64,000 nucleotides of DNA from Eledone cirrhosa. Taxonomy: Eukaryota. Positions 14,380 to 30,670 of this stretch are shown here, one piece after another (the stretch's first letter is position 1; each line of letters starts with the position of its first letter). The stretch spans positions 119,226,001-119,290,000 of the forward strand of contig OZ024741.1 in assembly GCA_964016885.1 (NCBI GenBank), written 5' to 3'. A model generated the notes under the pieces. It ran no database searches. It was not told the origin of the DNA and saw nothing but the letters and a program-made list of their open reading frames with translations. The translations under genes and the position numbers were made by a program.

Positions 14380-14450
14380 TATTTTATCTGATGAAAACAC
14401 AAATGTTATTGCATGATGATATTTGTTTTTGAAATGCGCATAATAAAATA
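14380..14450 (+). ncRNA. Type I hammerhead ribozyme motif
   Basis: tattttat-CTGATGA-aaacacaaatgttatt gcat gatgatatttgttttt-GAAAT-GCGC-ATA-ataaaata: 8-bp stem I, ~15-bp stem II, palindromic stem III. Confidence 0.75.
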
Positions 14451-14478
14451 CATGGAACTCTTTTAACCATCTTTGATC

Positions 14479-19345
<4,867 letters not shown>

Positions 19346-21403
19346 CCTCATCATCATCATCGTTTAACGTCCGTGTTCCACGCTTGCATGGGTTTGGACG
19401 GGAGTTTTCCCACTTGAGGCAAGAGTGGTTATCTTGATCGCATAGGACTATCTGGCGTGTTTTCTACAGCTGGATGCCCTTCCTAACACCAACCACGTTT
19501 ACAGTGTGGACTGGGAGGTTTTTACCGTGTTGCCTACACGGCCACATTACAGCCTGAACTGTGTGTTTTTTTGTCGTGACACCTACACGATCTCATTTGT
19601 TTCGGCCTGGATGTTGTGGGACCAACATAACTTTACATTGAAAGGGGCGGTGTGGATGGGGTGGGGGTGGTGGGACGGGGGTGTATTTTGTTAGAGATGC
19701 CTACTGACTGTAGTAGGTTTTACTTTGTATTTAGGTAAGGCGGGTCTTCTGTATTACTGAGTAGTGCCAAAGGTCTCGGTCCAGTGACATTGTCTTGGTG
19801 AGGTGTAAGTGTGTGAGGTCGGAATTTATCAGTTCATCCCAGGTTTTTCTGGGTCTGCCTATTCCGTGGCTACCGTCTATCTTTATTGCCCTGCACTTTG
19901 TTATACAGCTATCGTCCTTCATGCGCATCACGTGACCATACCAACGTAGCCTTCTCTCGAGTAAACAACATCTGATCCCTCTTATTTCTAATTGTTTCCT
20001 TAGTTCGTTTATGCTTTGCCGTTTATGTATATTACTATTACACATCCAGCGTAGCATGCAAGCTTCGTTTCTCTCTAGTCTGCGTATATCCTCTGCACAC
20101 AATGCCCAGGTCTCACTGCCATGCAACATTGCTGTTCGTATGCAGGCATCATACAGCCTGCCTTTCATTTTTAGGGAGAACCCTTTAGCGGCTAGTAGAG
20201 GTATAAGCTCTCTGAACTTTTTCCACCCAGTTCTGACTCTAGCTACTGTACTTTCAGAGCACCCTCCCTCACTGCTGATTTTGTCACCCAGGTAACGGAA
20301 GCTGTCCACTATTTCTATAGAACCCTCTGCGCAGTTGAAAGAGCTAGTATTTTTTGGGCACTTGCTGCTACTTATTGCCCCAGAACACCGGCCACATGTA
20401 AAATCTATGTTCTTAGTTAGCTTACCTGTGATCCCACTACATCTTTTATGCACCCATACTTTGCATTTGGGACACAAAATGGAGTTTCTACCTACGCCTG
20501 TCCTACACACTGAGCATGGCCACTTCCCGGAGGGGACCGCCGCCTTATTTTCTTTCTTACAAACTAGAACTTTAGTCTTAGCCAGGTTAATTTTAAGGCC
20601 TTTTGATTCTAGGCCGTGCTTCCATGTTTGGAATTTCTTCTCTAGCTCGGCCATTGATTCAGCTATGAGCATTAGATCATTTGCGTATAGGAGTTCCCAT
20701 GGGCAGCCAGTCTTGAACTCCACTGTTATAGCCTGGAGGGCAATAATAAAGAGTAGGGGGTTAAGAACAGAGCCCTGATGAACACCAACTTTTACACTCA
20801 ACTCTTCACTATATTCGTTGTTAATTCTAACCTTGCTGACTGTTTCTTTATACTTGGCTTGTATAGCTCTCACAAGCCATTCATCAACACCTAGTTTTCT
20901 AAGAGCCCACCAGATAATGGAGCGGGGGACTCTGTCAAAGGCTTTCTCCAAGTCAACAAAAGCTAAGTATAGGGGTTTACTTTTAGCTAGGTACTTCTCC
21001 TGTAGTTGTCGTACAATGAAAAGAGCGTCTGTGGTACTTTTTCCTGACACAAACCCGAACTGCATTTCATCTAGATCAATTCGCTCTCTGATTAGTTGCG
21101 CTATTACTTTTTCCGTGACCTTCATGACCTGGTCGATTAATTTAATGCCTCTATAGTTACTCCTATCTAGGGCATCTCCTTTACCCTTATAACAGTTAAC
21201 GATGATGCTGCTACGCCAGTCCTTCGGAACAACCCCATTCTGTATGACTTGGTTGACTATCCGGGTGACCATGGTGTGTCCCACCGTACCAGATGCCTTC
21301 AGCATCTCGGCAACTATTTCCGAAGGCCCAGCTGCCTTACCCGTCTTCATATCTTTGATTGCCTTACTTATGATACTACCCTCGACTAACACTGCTGGTC
21401 CCT
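19346..21403 (-). mobile_element. 5'-truncated RTE-clade LINE with 3' UTR and (GAT)n tail
   Basis: RT ORF at 19731-21392. 3' UTR contains ttaggaagggcatccagctgtagaaa and ends ggacgttaaacgatgatgatga. 5' end abuts (TA)n. Confidence 0.92.
19731..21392 (-). CDS. RTE LINE RT with PHD-like finger (uninterrupted 553 aa, catalytic motif mutated to YAND)
   Basis: KAAGP, NYRGIKL, QFGF, FVDLEKAFDRV, GVHQGSVL, YANDL, FRYLG, LHGSETW, RRLRWYGHVMR, GRPRKTW. Confidence 0.88.
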   Translation of the reverse strand: MLVEGSIISKAIKDMKTGKAAGPSEIVAEMLKASGTVGHTMVTRIVNQVIQNGVVPKDWRSSIIVNCYKGKGDALDRSNYRGIKLIDQVMKVTEKVIAQLIRERIDLDEMQFGFVSGKSTTDALFIVRQLQEKYLAKSKPLYLAFVDLEKAFDRVPRSIIWWALRKLGVDEWLVRAIQAKYKETVSKVRINNEYSEELSVKVGVHQGSVLNPLLFIIALQAITVEFKTGCPWELLYANDLMLIAESMAELEKKFQTWKHGLESKGLKINLAKTKVLVCKKENKAAVPSGKWPCSVCRTGVGRNSILCPKCKVWVHKRCSGITGKLTKNIDFTCGRCSGAISSSKCPKNTSSFNCAEGSIEIVDSFRYLGDKISSEGGCSESTVARVRTGWKKFRELIPLLAAKGFSLKMKGRLYDACIRTAMLHGSETWALCAEDIRRLERNEACMLRWMCNSNIHKRQSINELRKQLEIRGIRCCLLERRLRWYGHVMRMKDDSCITKCRAIKIDGSHGIGRPRKTWDELINSDLTHLHLTKTMSLDRDLWHYSVIQKTRLT

Positions 21404-21699
21404 CTATATATATATTTAGAAAGAGAGAGGGGGGATTGGAAATAGCACAAACAGTATATTTAAAGGATCTGTTTTTCTTTTTTTCTTATTATTGAAAAAA
21501 TTGAGAGAAACAATTTAAAAAAAAAAAAAAAAGAGTTTTATAAATTATATAAAATATATAAAATATAACCAGTTTTGATATATTAGTGTAATCCATCTCA
21601 TCAAATGTTGAACATTAGAATTAAAAAGAATTAAAAATTAAAGATTTAAAATTAAGTGTTGATGCAGGTTTGTTCATCTTTCTTGTTGAGAAGAAGACA

Positions 21700-22119
21700 G
21701 GATCTCCAAAGAAATAGTTTTAGGAAGCCGTAGCTATGCAAACCTCTGATGATGTCCAGCAGAAGCAAGGGGGACAACCGTCTATACATTTCAGGCTTAA
21801 CTGGCCTTCGTCAGGACGGTCCCTCCCACCGCCTGCGACTGCTGGAATAGAAGACAGCTGAGAATGTATACTTTTTTCGTCTGTGTAAATGAGGTAATTA
21901 ATCTCATTTGCATATGAAGCTGCATAAGTTGGCTCAACTTATAATAAAAGAGAAATAGGATTTCGCTTCAAGCATAGCTTTATACAATATGTATAAATAT
22001 TTCGTATCTCCCCCCACGGTGTTTGCATAGCTCCGGCTTCCTAAAACTGTATTTCTTTGGAGATACGAAATATTTATACATATTGTATAAAGCTATGCTT
22101 GAAGCAAAATCCTATTTCT

Positions 22120-22120
<1 letters not shown>
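21700..22120. mobile_element. Non-coding PLE-like remnant with nested inverted repeats
   Basis: Contains the HHR. Inverted repeats 21951-22011/22059-22119 and 21702-21743/22021-22064. Abuts (TA)n. Confidence 0.6.
21777..21820 (-). ncRNA. Minimal type I hammerhead ribozyme motif (Penelope type)
   Basis: Minus strand reads accgtc-CTGACGA-aggc cagttaa gcct-GAAA-TGTA-TA-gacggt. Confidence 0.75.
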
Positions 22121-22168
<48 letters not shown>

Positions 22169-22631
22169 TGGTAAAAATCTATAAAATTATAAAACCAGAA
22201 GGCATACATACATACATACATATATATACATATATATATATATATACATATATACATATACATATATATATATCTCTATATATATAAATGAAACAGTTCT
22301 AGTCATGTTGAAACCTGTGCTATTAAGTTAGACAAGGCCTGGGCCACTACTGGCTGAAACCTATCACAGTTATATATATAATACACACACACACATACAT
22401 ACACACATACATACATATACATACATACAAGGAAGGAGAGTGAGTAAGAAGAGTTGTGGCGGTGTATACACCAAACCATATTTGGTATGTCATAACTAAA
22501 AATTACTGTCCGAAGTAAACAGAAAGAATATACTGAGCTATATCTAATTATATTATGTAATTACTTCTGGATCAGTTGACTTGGAGTTTTATACACACAT
22601 ATATACATACACTAAACATATGAACACACAG

Positions 22632-22707
<76 letters not shown>

Positions 22708-23499
22708 TATATATATATATTTATAGACATACAAGTACATATTTGTTGCCATACACATATGCACTTGAACAATTACAGACACATACTTATAGATACACAC
22801 TCATGCACATAGACAACCACAATCAGAAACACACACAACCAGTGAAGGAGATACATAGTTAACACACACTTAACAAGTGAACAAGAAGGTTTAGCAGCAC
22901 TCAAACATTTCATATTGTGGAATTGGTAAAGAAATGCAGACAGTTATTGCATAATATCTTGTGTTGAATCATTGCCATTAACTCTTAACTTCCTGTAATA
23001 ATTTAGCAGAGAATATCTAAAAATGGGTTCTTTTTCCTCTTCACCCACATATACTTTGGAGGGCCGGGGGTTTGTCAGAACACCAACTGATATCCAACCA
23101 TCTTGCTTGGAGCCTACTCCTGGGTCTCTTGTTCGTTGGTTTTGCTTTTAAAATCTATCCAGCGATTCTTTCCAGAGACATTCTAACTGAGGTTAAGCTT
23201 TGTCTTTTCATCTTTTGTTAATTCAAATATTTAGAGTATCAAATATTTAGAGTATCCCTACTGGTAGATAGATGGTTGTAGAAATTTGCAATATTAACTC
23301 TTAACATCCTGTAATAATTTGGTAAAAAAATATAGAAATGAGTTTCTTAATAAAAACAAAAATAATATTCAGTTAAAATGTTTCTCCTAAGTAAAGAACT
23401 AACATCCATAAAAGAATTTTACACATACGTATCATCTATCGACAATATGACACACATATGCTTCAGTATTGTTTTGACCATTGCCCATTAATTCATATT

Positions 23500-23565
23500 A
23501 GTGGTCTGTGGGATTTAAATTTATAAATTTAGTGGTCCATGAGTTCCAAAAGGTTGGCAACCATT
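23500..23565. mobile_element. hAT-like MITE terminal fragment
   Basis: gtggtcc...aaaaggttggcaaccattg resembles hAT/Charlie termini. Confidence 0.4.
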
Positions 23566-23569
23566 GCTT

Positions 23570-23737
23570 TATTTCACATAATTATCTCACATAATATCGA
23601 ATCTACAAGATTTTGATATTATTTATTTTGAGAACAATACCTTAACATAAGTATGAGCTGCTAATTGCAGCCAATTTGAACGGAAATAGGTGAGAGAATT
23701 CTGGCCAGATACAGCTGCTTTAAATGCTAAAGGGTTA
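23570..23737. mobile_element. piggyBac-like MITE arm (other copies about 52480-52640 and 59133-59325)
   Basis: Ends aaatgctaaaggg|ttaa; shares internal ttttgagaacaataccttaacat with the other copies. Confidence 0.6.
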
Positions 23738-24049
23738 AAGCATCATATAAAACATTTTGTGGCAAATGTTTTGGCTCTCTGCTCTCTGAATTCAAACCCC
23801 ACTGAGGTCAGCTTTGTCTTTACTCCTTTTGGAGATTGATAAAATAGAGTATTAATCCAAAGTGGTGTATTGGCGGAATTGTTAAAGTATTGGACCTTGT
23901 GGTGTCTGTTCTGGTATTTTGTATTCTAATTTCAAATTCTGCCTAGGGATTCAAATCCCAATAAAGGTTAGAACTAATCACCACCCAGCCACAGGGCCAC
24001 AACTGATTATGAAAACTACAATGAATGGATGAGGATTGTGGTTATCTAC

Positions 24050-24272
24050 TACTGCATGATGATGGTGATGATGATGGTGGTGGTGGTGGTAATGATGGTG
24101 ATGGTGGTGGTGATAATAATGGTTGTAGTGGTGGTCATAGTGGTGGTCGTAGTGGTGGTGGTGGTGATGATGGTGATGGTGGTGGTAGTGGTGGTGGTGG
24201 TGGTGGTGATGATAATGGTTGTAGTGGTGGTCATAGTGGTGGTCGTAGTGGTGGTGATGATGATGGCGGTGG
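24050..24272. repeat. (GGT/GAT)n tract with internal duplication
   Basis: ggttgtagtggtggtcatagtggtggtcgtagt occurs twice. Confidence 0.85.
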
Positions 24273-24607
24273 CAAATCAGAGAAAGGCAGAGTATTGCTG
24301 CCAGTTTCTGATAAAAGTTACTGTTGGTGACTGACCATTATATATTAGAAAATGTTTAAAAAAAAGTTAAAATAAATTCTTTACAGTCTATAAAAGGAAA
24401 TCAACTCCTTGGCTACACTGTGGAATTTAAAGAATGTTGTTATTGATGTTACATCTGTAGTAGAGTAGTTCTATAGGAATTGTGTCTTTAACCATAGAAT
24501 ATGGTGATAAGAATTCTTCATGTTTAGTGCTCAAAATATTTGAAATTTACAAGACGGTTAATAAAAGATATTATATTAATACAAATGAGAATATATATAT
24601 ATATATG

Positions 24608-24860
24608 AGGTGGCGAATTATCAGATTCGTTAAGACATCAGATAGAATGCTTTACGGTACTCATCCCACCTCATTGTGCATTCTGAGTTCAAATACCACC
24701 AGGGTCAATTTTGCCTTTCATTCTTTCGAGGTCAATAAAAAAAATAGTACCAGTTCAGTACTGGGGTTGATTCTTCCTCTATAGAAAAAAATCAGCTGTG
24801 TTCAGACCTGAAAAGGGTTGGGCTTTGCCAGGTTTAAAAAGTGCCCTAGACATAAGAAGT
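24608..24860 (+). mobile_element. SINE with extended HHR-like tail (other copies 45497-45810 +, 53545-53873 -)
   Basis: tRNA/Deu-like head followed by ggttgattcttcctctata...ctgaa(g)aggg...gccctaga. Confidence 0.6.
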
Positions 24861-24873
24861 TTGGGATCTTTAT

Positions 24874-24922
<49 letters not shown>

Positions 24923-25005
24923 GGCTAACTGAATACTCACATTCACATGCATTTAAAAAAATATATATATTTTTCCGTTTCTTCCTACTATATCAAGCAT
25001 TAAAC

Positions 25006-25007
<2 letters not shown>

Positions 25008-25099
<92 letters not shown>

Positions 25100-25100
25100 G
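25008..25100. repeat. (TG)n microsatellite
   Basis: Directly visible. Confidence 0.95.
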
Positions 25101-25339
25101 ATGCTTAAATTGGCATGAGGAAAGGAATCTGGTCATATAATACCTGCCTCAAAAAGTCTCATCCAGCCCATGCCAGTTTGGAGATAGTGGACATAAAAAT
25201 TACCCTTATGATGATGAGGAAGGTGATGATGAAGATGATGAGGAGGTGGAGGAGGAGGCTGATGAAGATGATGATGATATCACTTTTCTCATTTTTCTAG
25301 CCACACTATGCCATCGCACAAGTAACTATATTTGAACAT

Positions 25340-25662
25340 TTTTGGTACTGTTTGTATTTTGACTAATGTTTGGTACTCTTTGTATTTTGACTAATTTTTG
25401 GTACTGTTTGTATTTTGATTAATGTTTGGTACTGTTGTATTTTGACTAATGTTTGGTACTGTTGTATTTTGACTAATGTTTGGTACTCTTTGTATTTTGA
25501 CTAATTTTTGGTACTCTTTGTATTTTGACTAATTTTTGGTACTGTTGTATATTGACTAATGTTTGGTACTGTTGTATTTTGACTAATGTTTGGTACTGTT
25601 GTATTTTGACTAATTTTGGTACTGTTGGTATTTTGACTAATGTTTGGTACTGTTGGTATTTT
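25340..25662. repeat. 27-28 bp minisatellite, about 12 copies
   Basis: tttggtactgttgtattttgactaatg repeated. Confidence 0.92.
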
Positions 25663-25966
25663 GTAAGTGAAGTAAAGATTGAAAAAAAAAATTTTTTTAA
25701 ATGAAATACCCCCAAAAATACATAAATAAAAACATGACTTTCAAACATTTTTACATGTCTAGTTTTTGTAAAAATTTCATGTAATGTCTTTATAATCCTT
25801 TTTATTTATTTTTCTCCTGATAATTCTAAAAATTTCAGATGACATTCAAGAATTATTTGGACAGGTGTTATGTAGCTAGATTGTAAAATGATATCAGAGA
25901 ATAACTTGTTTTGTATTTATATTTATGTTCTGTTTTGTTTGTTTTGTCTGACTCCTATAGTGTAAA

Positions 25967-26450
25967 AGTGATACTATATAGTCAATGAGAGGCATTACAT
26001 TAGTGATACTATATAGTCAATGAGAGACATTACATTAGTGATACTATATAACCAATGTGAGATATCTCATAATTCATTATACTATATAACCAATGTGAGA
26101 TATCTCATATTTAATGATACTATAGTCAATGAGATACTAAATATCAAGTGATCTATACAGTTAACATGAGATATCTCATATCTAATGATACTATACAGTT
26201 AATGTGAGAAATCTCATATCTAATGATACTATATAGTCAATGAAAGATATCTCATGTCTAATGATACTGTATACTCAATGGGAGATACTAAATATCAAGT
26301 GATACTATACAGTTAATGTCAGATATCTCATATCTAGGGATACTCTAAAGCCAAAATGAGATTAAATTAGTAATACTATATATCCAATGAAAGATATTAC
26401 AAATCTAATGACACTAGCTAATGAGGGATATCTCAAATCTAGTGATACTC
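25967..26450. repeat. ~35-38 bp diverged minisatellite, about 13 copies
   Basis: tgatactatatagtcaatgagagatatctcatatctaa-like units. Confidence 0.85.
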
Positions 26451-26737
26451 AATGGAAGTACCAGTAATACATTGGGATAATTGCTGGCCTTGTGCCCAAA
26501 GTAGACACAATTATATATCTAGAGATACTATATAACCATATCTGGGATTTGAACTCAGAACCTACAGTGCTGGAACAAATACCACAGGGCATCTCACCCA
26601 ATGCAATAATGATTTGGACTGATATTATTTTGCTATCAACTCCCAGAAAGATGAAAAGCAGTATCGACATCGACAGGGTTTGAACTCAGAAAGCAAGGAA
26701 CTGTGTTGACTATCTGACCATTCTTCTAACATCCGGC

Positions 26738-26958
26738 AAACTCAACCATCCACACCACCAACCCCTTACACAGAATGGAATAGACCTCTGTCCCTGCAAA
26801 TTCAACCATCCACACCACCAACCCCTTACATGGAATGGAATAGACCTCTGTCCCTAAAACTCCACCATCCACACCACCAACACCTTACATGGAATGGAAT
26901 AGACCTCTGTCCCTAAAACTCCACCATCCACACCCCCAACACCTCACATGGAATGGAC
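26738..26958. repeat. ~58-62 bp tandem repeat, 4 copies
   Basis: aaactccaccatccacaccaccaaccccttacatggaatggaatagacctctgtccct. Confidence 0.9.
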
Positions 26959-27194
26959 TTCTGTTGGTTTCAACTATGAGTGTCCCCCTGCTCTTTGATC
27001 AACAATACAGCCTGCTTATGAAATTATATGAGTTTAAGTAGCTGAATATTCCACAAACATGTGTACCCTTAAGATAATTCTCAGAAATATTCAGCATAAC
27101 ACAGTATGTGACAAGGTTGGCCCTTAGAATTACATGTACAATCCATCTGACAGGCTTCCAAACAGTTTCCATGTACCCAGTTCTACTCACAAAG

Positions 27195-27590
27195 TTTGGG
27201 TTGATCTGAGGTTATGGTAAATAACACTTACCTAAAATGTCATGCAGTGAGATTGAACCTGAGACCTAATGATTGTGAAGTGATCTCACCAATGGTCTAA
27301 TTAGAGATTTATTCTGCCTATTTGGTTGTGCTCAGTCCTCTGTAGGGTATGGTAAATGACACTGTTCTAGATTCCACACAGTGGGATTGAACCTAGGACC
27401 TAATGATTGCGAAGTGATCTCACTGACAATTATTCTGCCAACTTGGCTGTGCTCAGTCCTCTGTAGGTTATGGTAAATGACACTTGCTCTAGATTCCACT
27501 CGGTGAGATTGAGCCTAGGACCTAATATTTTAAAATAGATCTATTTCACCATTTGATCATGTTTCATCCACATCCCACCTCTGTAGGGTA
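27195..27590 (-). repeat. About 3 tandem copies of a ~120-135 bp SINE-head-derived unit
   Basis: gttatggtaaatgacactt...cagtgggattgaacctaggacctaatgattgcgaagtgatctcac repeated; B-box ggttcaatccc on the minus strand. Confidence 0.7.
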
Positions 27591-27947
27591 TGACTCAAGT
27601 TATATAATTGGACCAAATTAGACACTCACTCATGGAAATATAATTCTAACAAATGGAATTATGATGAACACCCACTAACACACACACACGTTTATCCATA
27701 TACACTCATACAAAAAGAAGTTAAATAGAGAGAAAATCTAAAAAGAATTATGTATGTATATGTATGTTTGTGTATCTGTTTGTGTGTATATGCATATGTG
27801 TGTGTGTGCGTTTTGTTTAAAAATCTTTCTGTGACAAACTGCTAGTATTTATACGTGTATGTATGTATATCTGAATTTATGTATGCATGCATGTGTGTGC
27901 ACGTGCACACATATATATTCATATACATATCAATAAGTGTGTGTGTG

Positions 27948-27978
<31 letters not shown>

Positions 27979-29159
27979 TTATTGATATATATATCTTTAT
28001 GTATGTACACACACCCACACATTTGTGCATTTTTATGTGCAAATGTGTAGATGTGTGTACCTACATAAAGATATATATATATATATATATAAATTATTGC
28101 AAGCATCATTTCATCTGTACATATTTTTGTGTGTGCATGTATTTATGTATGTATGTATATATATTTATTTATTTATCCATGAGTATGTATGTATATATGT
28201 ATGGAGAGAATTTGTGTTTATGTATATATGCATATATATGCGTGTATGCACGTTCTGTCTGTTATGATGGCTAAGTTTGTTAACTGGACAAGAAACAGAC
28301 AATGTCTAGAGATATATGTCTAAATATAGAACAGAACTTCTCTCTCTCTCTAAGAGGAATGCTGTACCAATTGCAGAAGAAGAAGAAGACGAAGAAATAA
28401 AGAATACAACAACGATGACGAAGGCGGCAGCATTGAAGAAGATGGTGATGATGATGTTGAAAAAGAAGAAGAAGCAAAAGAGGAACTCAAAACAACAGGC
28501 TGTCTGATTTAAGAAAGATAAAGTTAGTTTTTGCAGTTGATGATAGACAACATATCTCTTCCACTGCCACAAACTCTAACTACAACACCATCATCATCAG
28601 CAGCAGCAACACCATCACCAGCAAAAACACCACTAACAACAACACTACCAACAACAGCACCATCACCAGCAACATCACCAACAACAACACCATCACCAGC
28701 AACATCGCTACCAACAACAACACCATCACCAACAACAACATCACCAACACCAAGAACATTGCCAACACCAACAATCACCAGCAGCAACAACACCTCCAAC
28801 AACAACAACAAAACCACCAACAACAACAACACCACCAACAACACTCCCAAGAACACCACTACTACCAGCAACACCACCACCGTCAACAACAACAACTTTT
28901 TTCCTCTTTAACAAGAGACTTATGTATGCTATGATGATGAACAACAACAGTAATTAATTCTTGGAAAAATCCTACACATCCAACCATTTCAAAGATCAAA
29001 GATTCTGGTTCAAAACTTTGCAGCGTTACACTAATGAGAAGATATTCAAATTCAAAGTGTAGAAGAAAGATAAAGGGTATAAGATATCAATGCACCTAGC
29101 AGGCACCTCTTAACCACTATACCCACTCCTGTCCACACCACCCTTACACTTTGAACAAA

Positions 29160-29400
29160 ATATATCCAGTCCATACTGTAAAGTGGACATGTAGGAGTCA
29201 TGGCTAAAAGCACCCAGCACACACTAAATGTGGTTGGCACTAGGAAGGGCATCCAGCCATAAAAATCTAGCCAGAAACAGTCCTATATGAGTAAGACATG
29301 GGCACCTGACCCAATTTGCTTCTAATGAGACAACCCGTCTAACCCATGCTAGCGTGGAAAATGGATGTTAAACAATGAGGATGATGATGATAATGATGAT
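29160..29400 (+). mobile_element. Meta-domain SINE with RTE-like 3' end (other copies about 30206-30380 -, 39600-39810 +, 52050-52465 +, 56271-56535 -, 60510-60690 -)
   Basis: aggaagggcatccagc core; cccgtctaacccatgctagcgtggaa...gttaaa(c)gatgatgat tail shared with the RTE 3' end. Confidence 0.75.
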
Positions 29401-29424
29401 GATTGATTATTATTCAATATAAAT

Positions 29425-29792
29425 AGCGGGATGCATTATCAGAATTGTTAGAGCATCAGGCAAAAGGTTTTTGTGACATTTCTTCTGGCCTTTTGTTCTG
29501 AATTCAATACCTGGTGAGGTTAGCTTTGCTTTACATCTTTTCAATGTTGATAAAAAAAGTACCAGTCAAATACTGGGGTCGATATAATCAACTTTCCCTT
29601 CCCCAAAATTACTGGTCTTGTGCTAAAATGTGAAATCATTATTTACAATTAATATCAAACACCAATACGTTAGTTAACCCAACAATCCCGCCAAGGTTAA
29701 CTTTGCCTTTCATCCTTACGGGGGTCGATAAAATAAAGTACCAGTAATGTACTGAGTAATTGCTGGCCTTGTGCCAAAAGTAGAAACAAATA
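29425..29792 (+). mobile_element. Two Deu/Nin-like SINE copies (one old, one 5'-truncated)
   Basis: Core motifs present. Confidence 0.75.
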
Positions 29793-29996
29793 TTAACTAA
29801 CATTATACTGTATACCTGTTACTTACACAATAAAGATATTTAAGAAAAGTATTCTAGACAAAAAGAAGTTTCCCACAAAACACTGAGGTTGCTATTAGGA
29901 CATTTACAATGCTACTAATAACTATTCATGTATTATATACTGTTGTCAATAAGTTAAATGTGAAAATAGAGAAGTTAACAATACAATATAAAAAGA

Positions 29997-30034
<38 letters not shown>

Positions 30035-30526
30035 TCTTTTTATATTGTATTGTTAACTTCTCTATTTATTGGTCTTTATATATATATATAAAGACCAATA
30101 TTAACGACACTACTCTATATATATAAAAAGGCTAATATTAACTACACTACTCTCTCTCTATATATATATATATCCAAAGTATAACAATATATATATATAT
30201 ATATATCATCATCATCATCATCATTTTACGTCCGCTTTTCCCTGCTTGCAAGGGTGGGACGGCAACTGATTTTGGCTTGATTTCTACAGCTGGATGCCCT
30301 TCCTAACACCAACCTCATTTACAGTGAGTGCTGGGTGCTTTTTTTTCCGTGGTGCCTACACGACCCCTTTGCAGTGGAATGATAGGGACCCCAATCCCTA
30401 TCATCTCATTTCTACAGCTGAGTAAACTGGAGCAATGTGAAATAAAGTGCCTTGCTTAAGGAAACAACACATCACCCAGTCTGAGAATTGAACTCACAAC
30501 CTTTCGATTGCAAGGCCAATAAGCCA

Positions 30527-30562
<36 letters not shown>

Positions 30563-30603
30563 TGTATGTATGTATGTATGTATGTATGTATGTATGTATG
30601 TAT

Positions 30604-30670
<67 letters not shown>

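Noticed and set aside
25340-27590. Repeat arrays as CRISPR
   Set aside because: No unique spacers, no cas genes, eukaryotic context.
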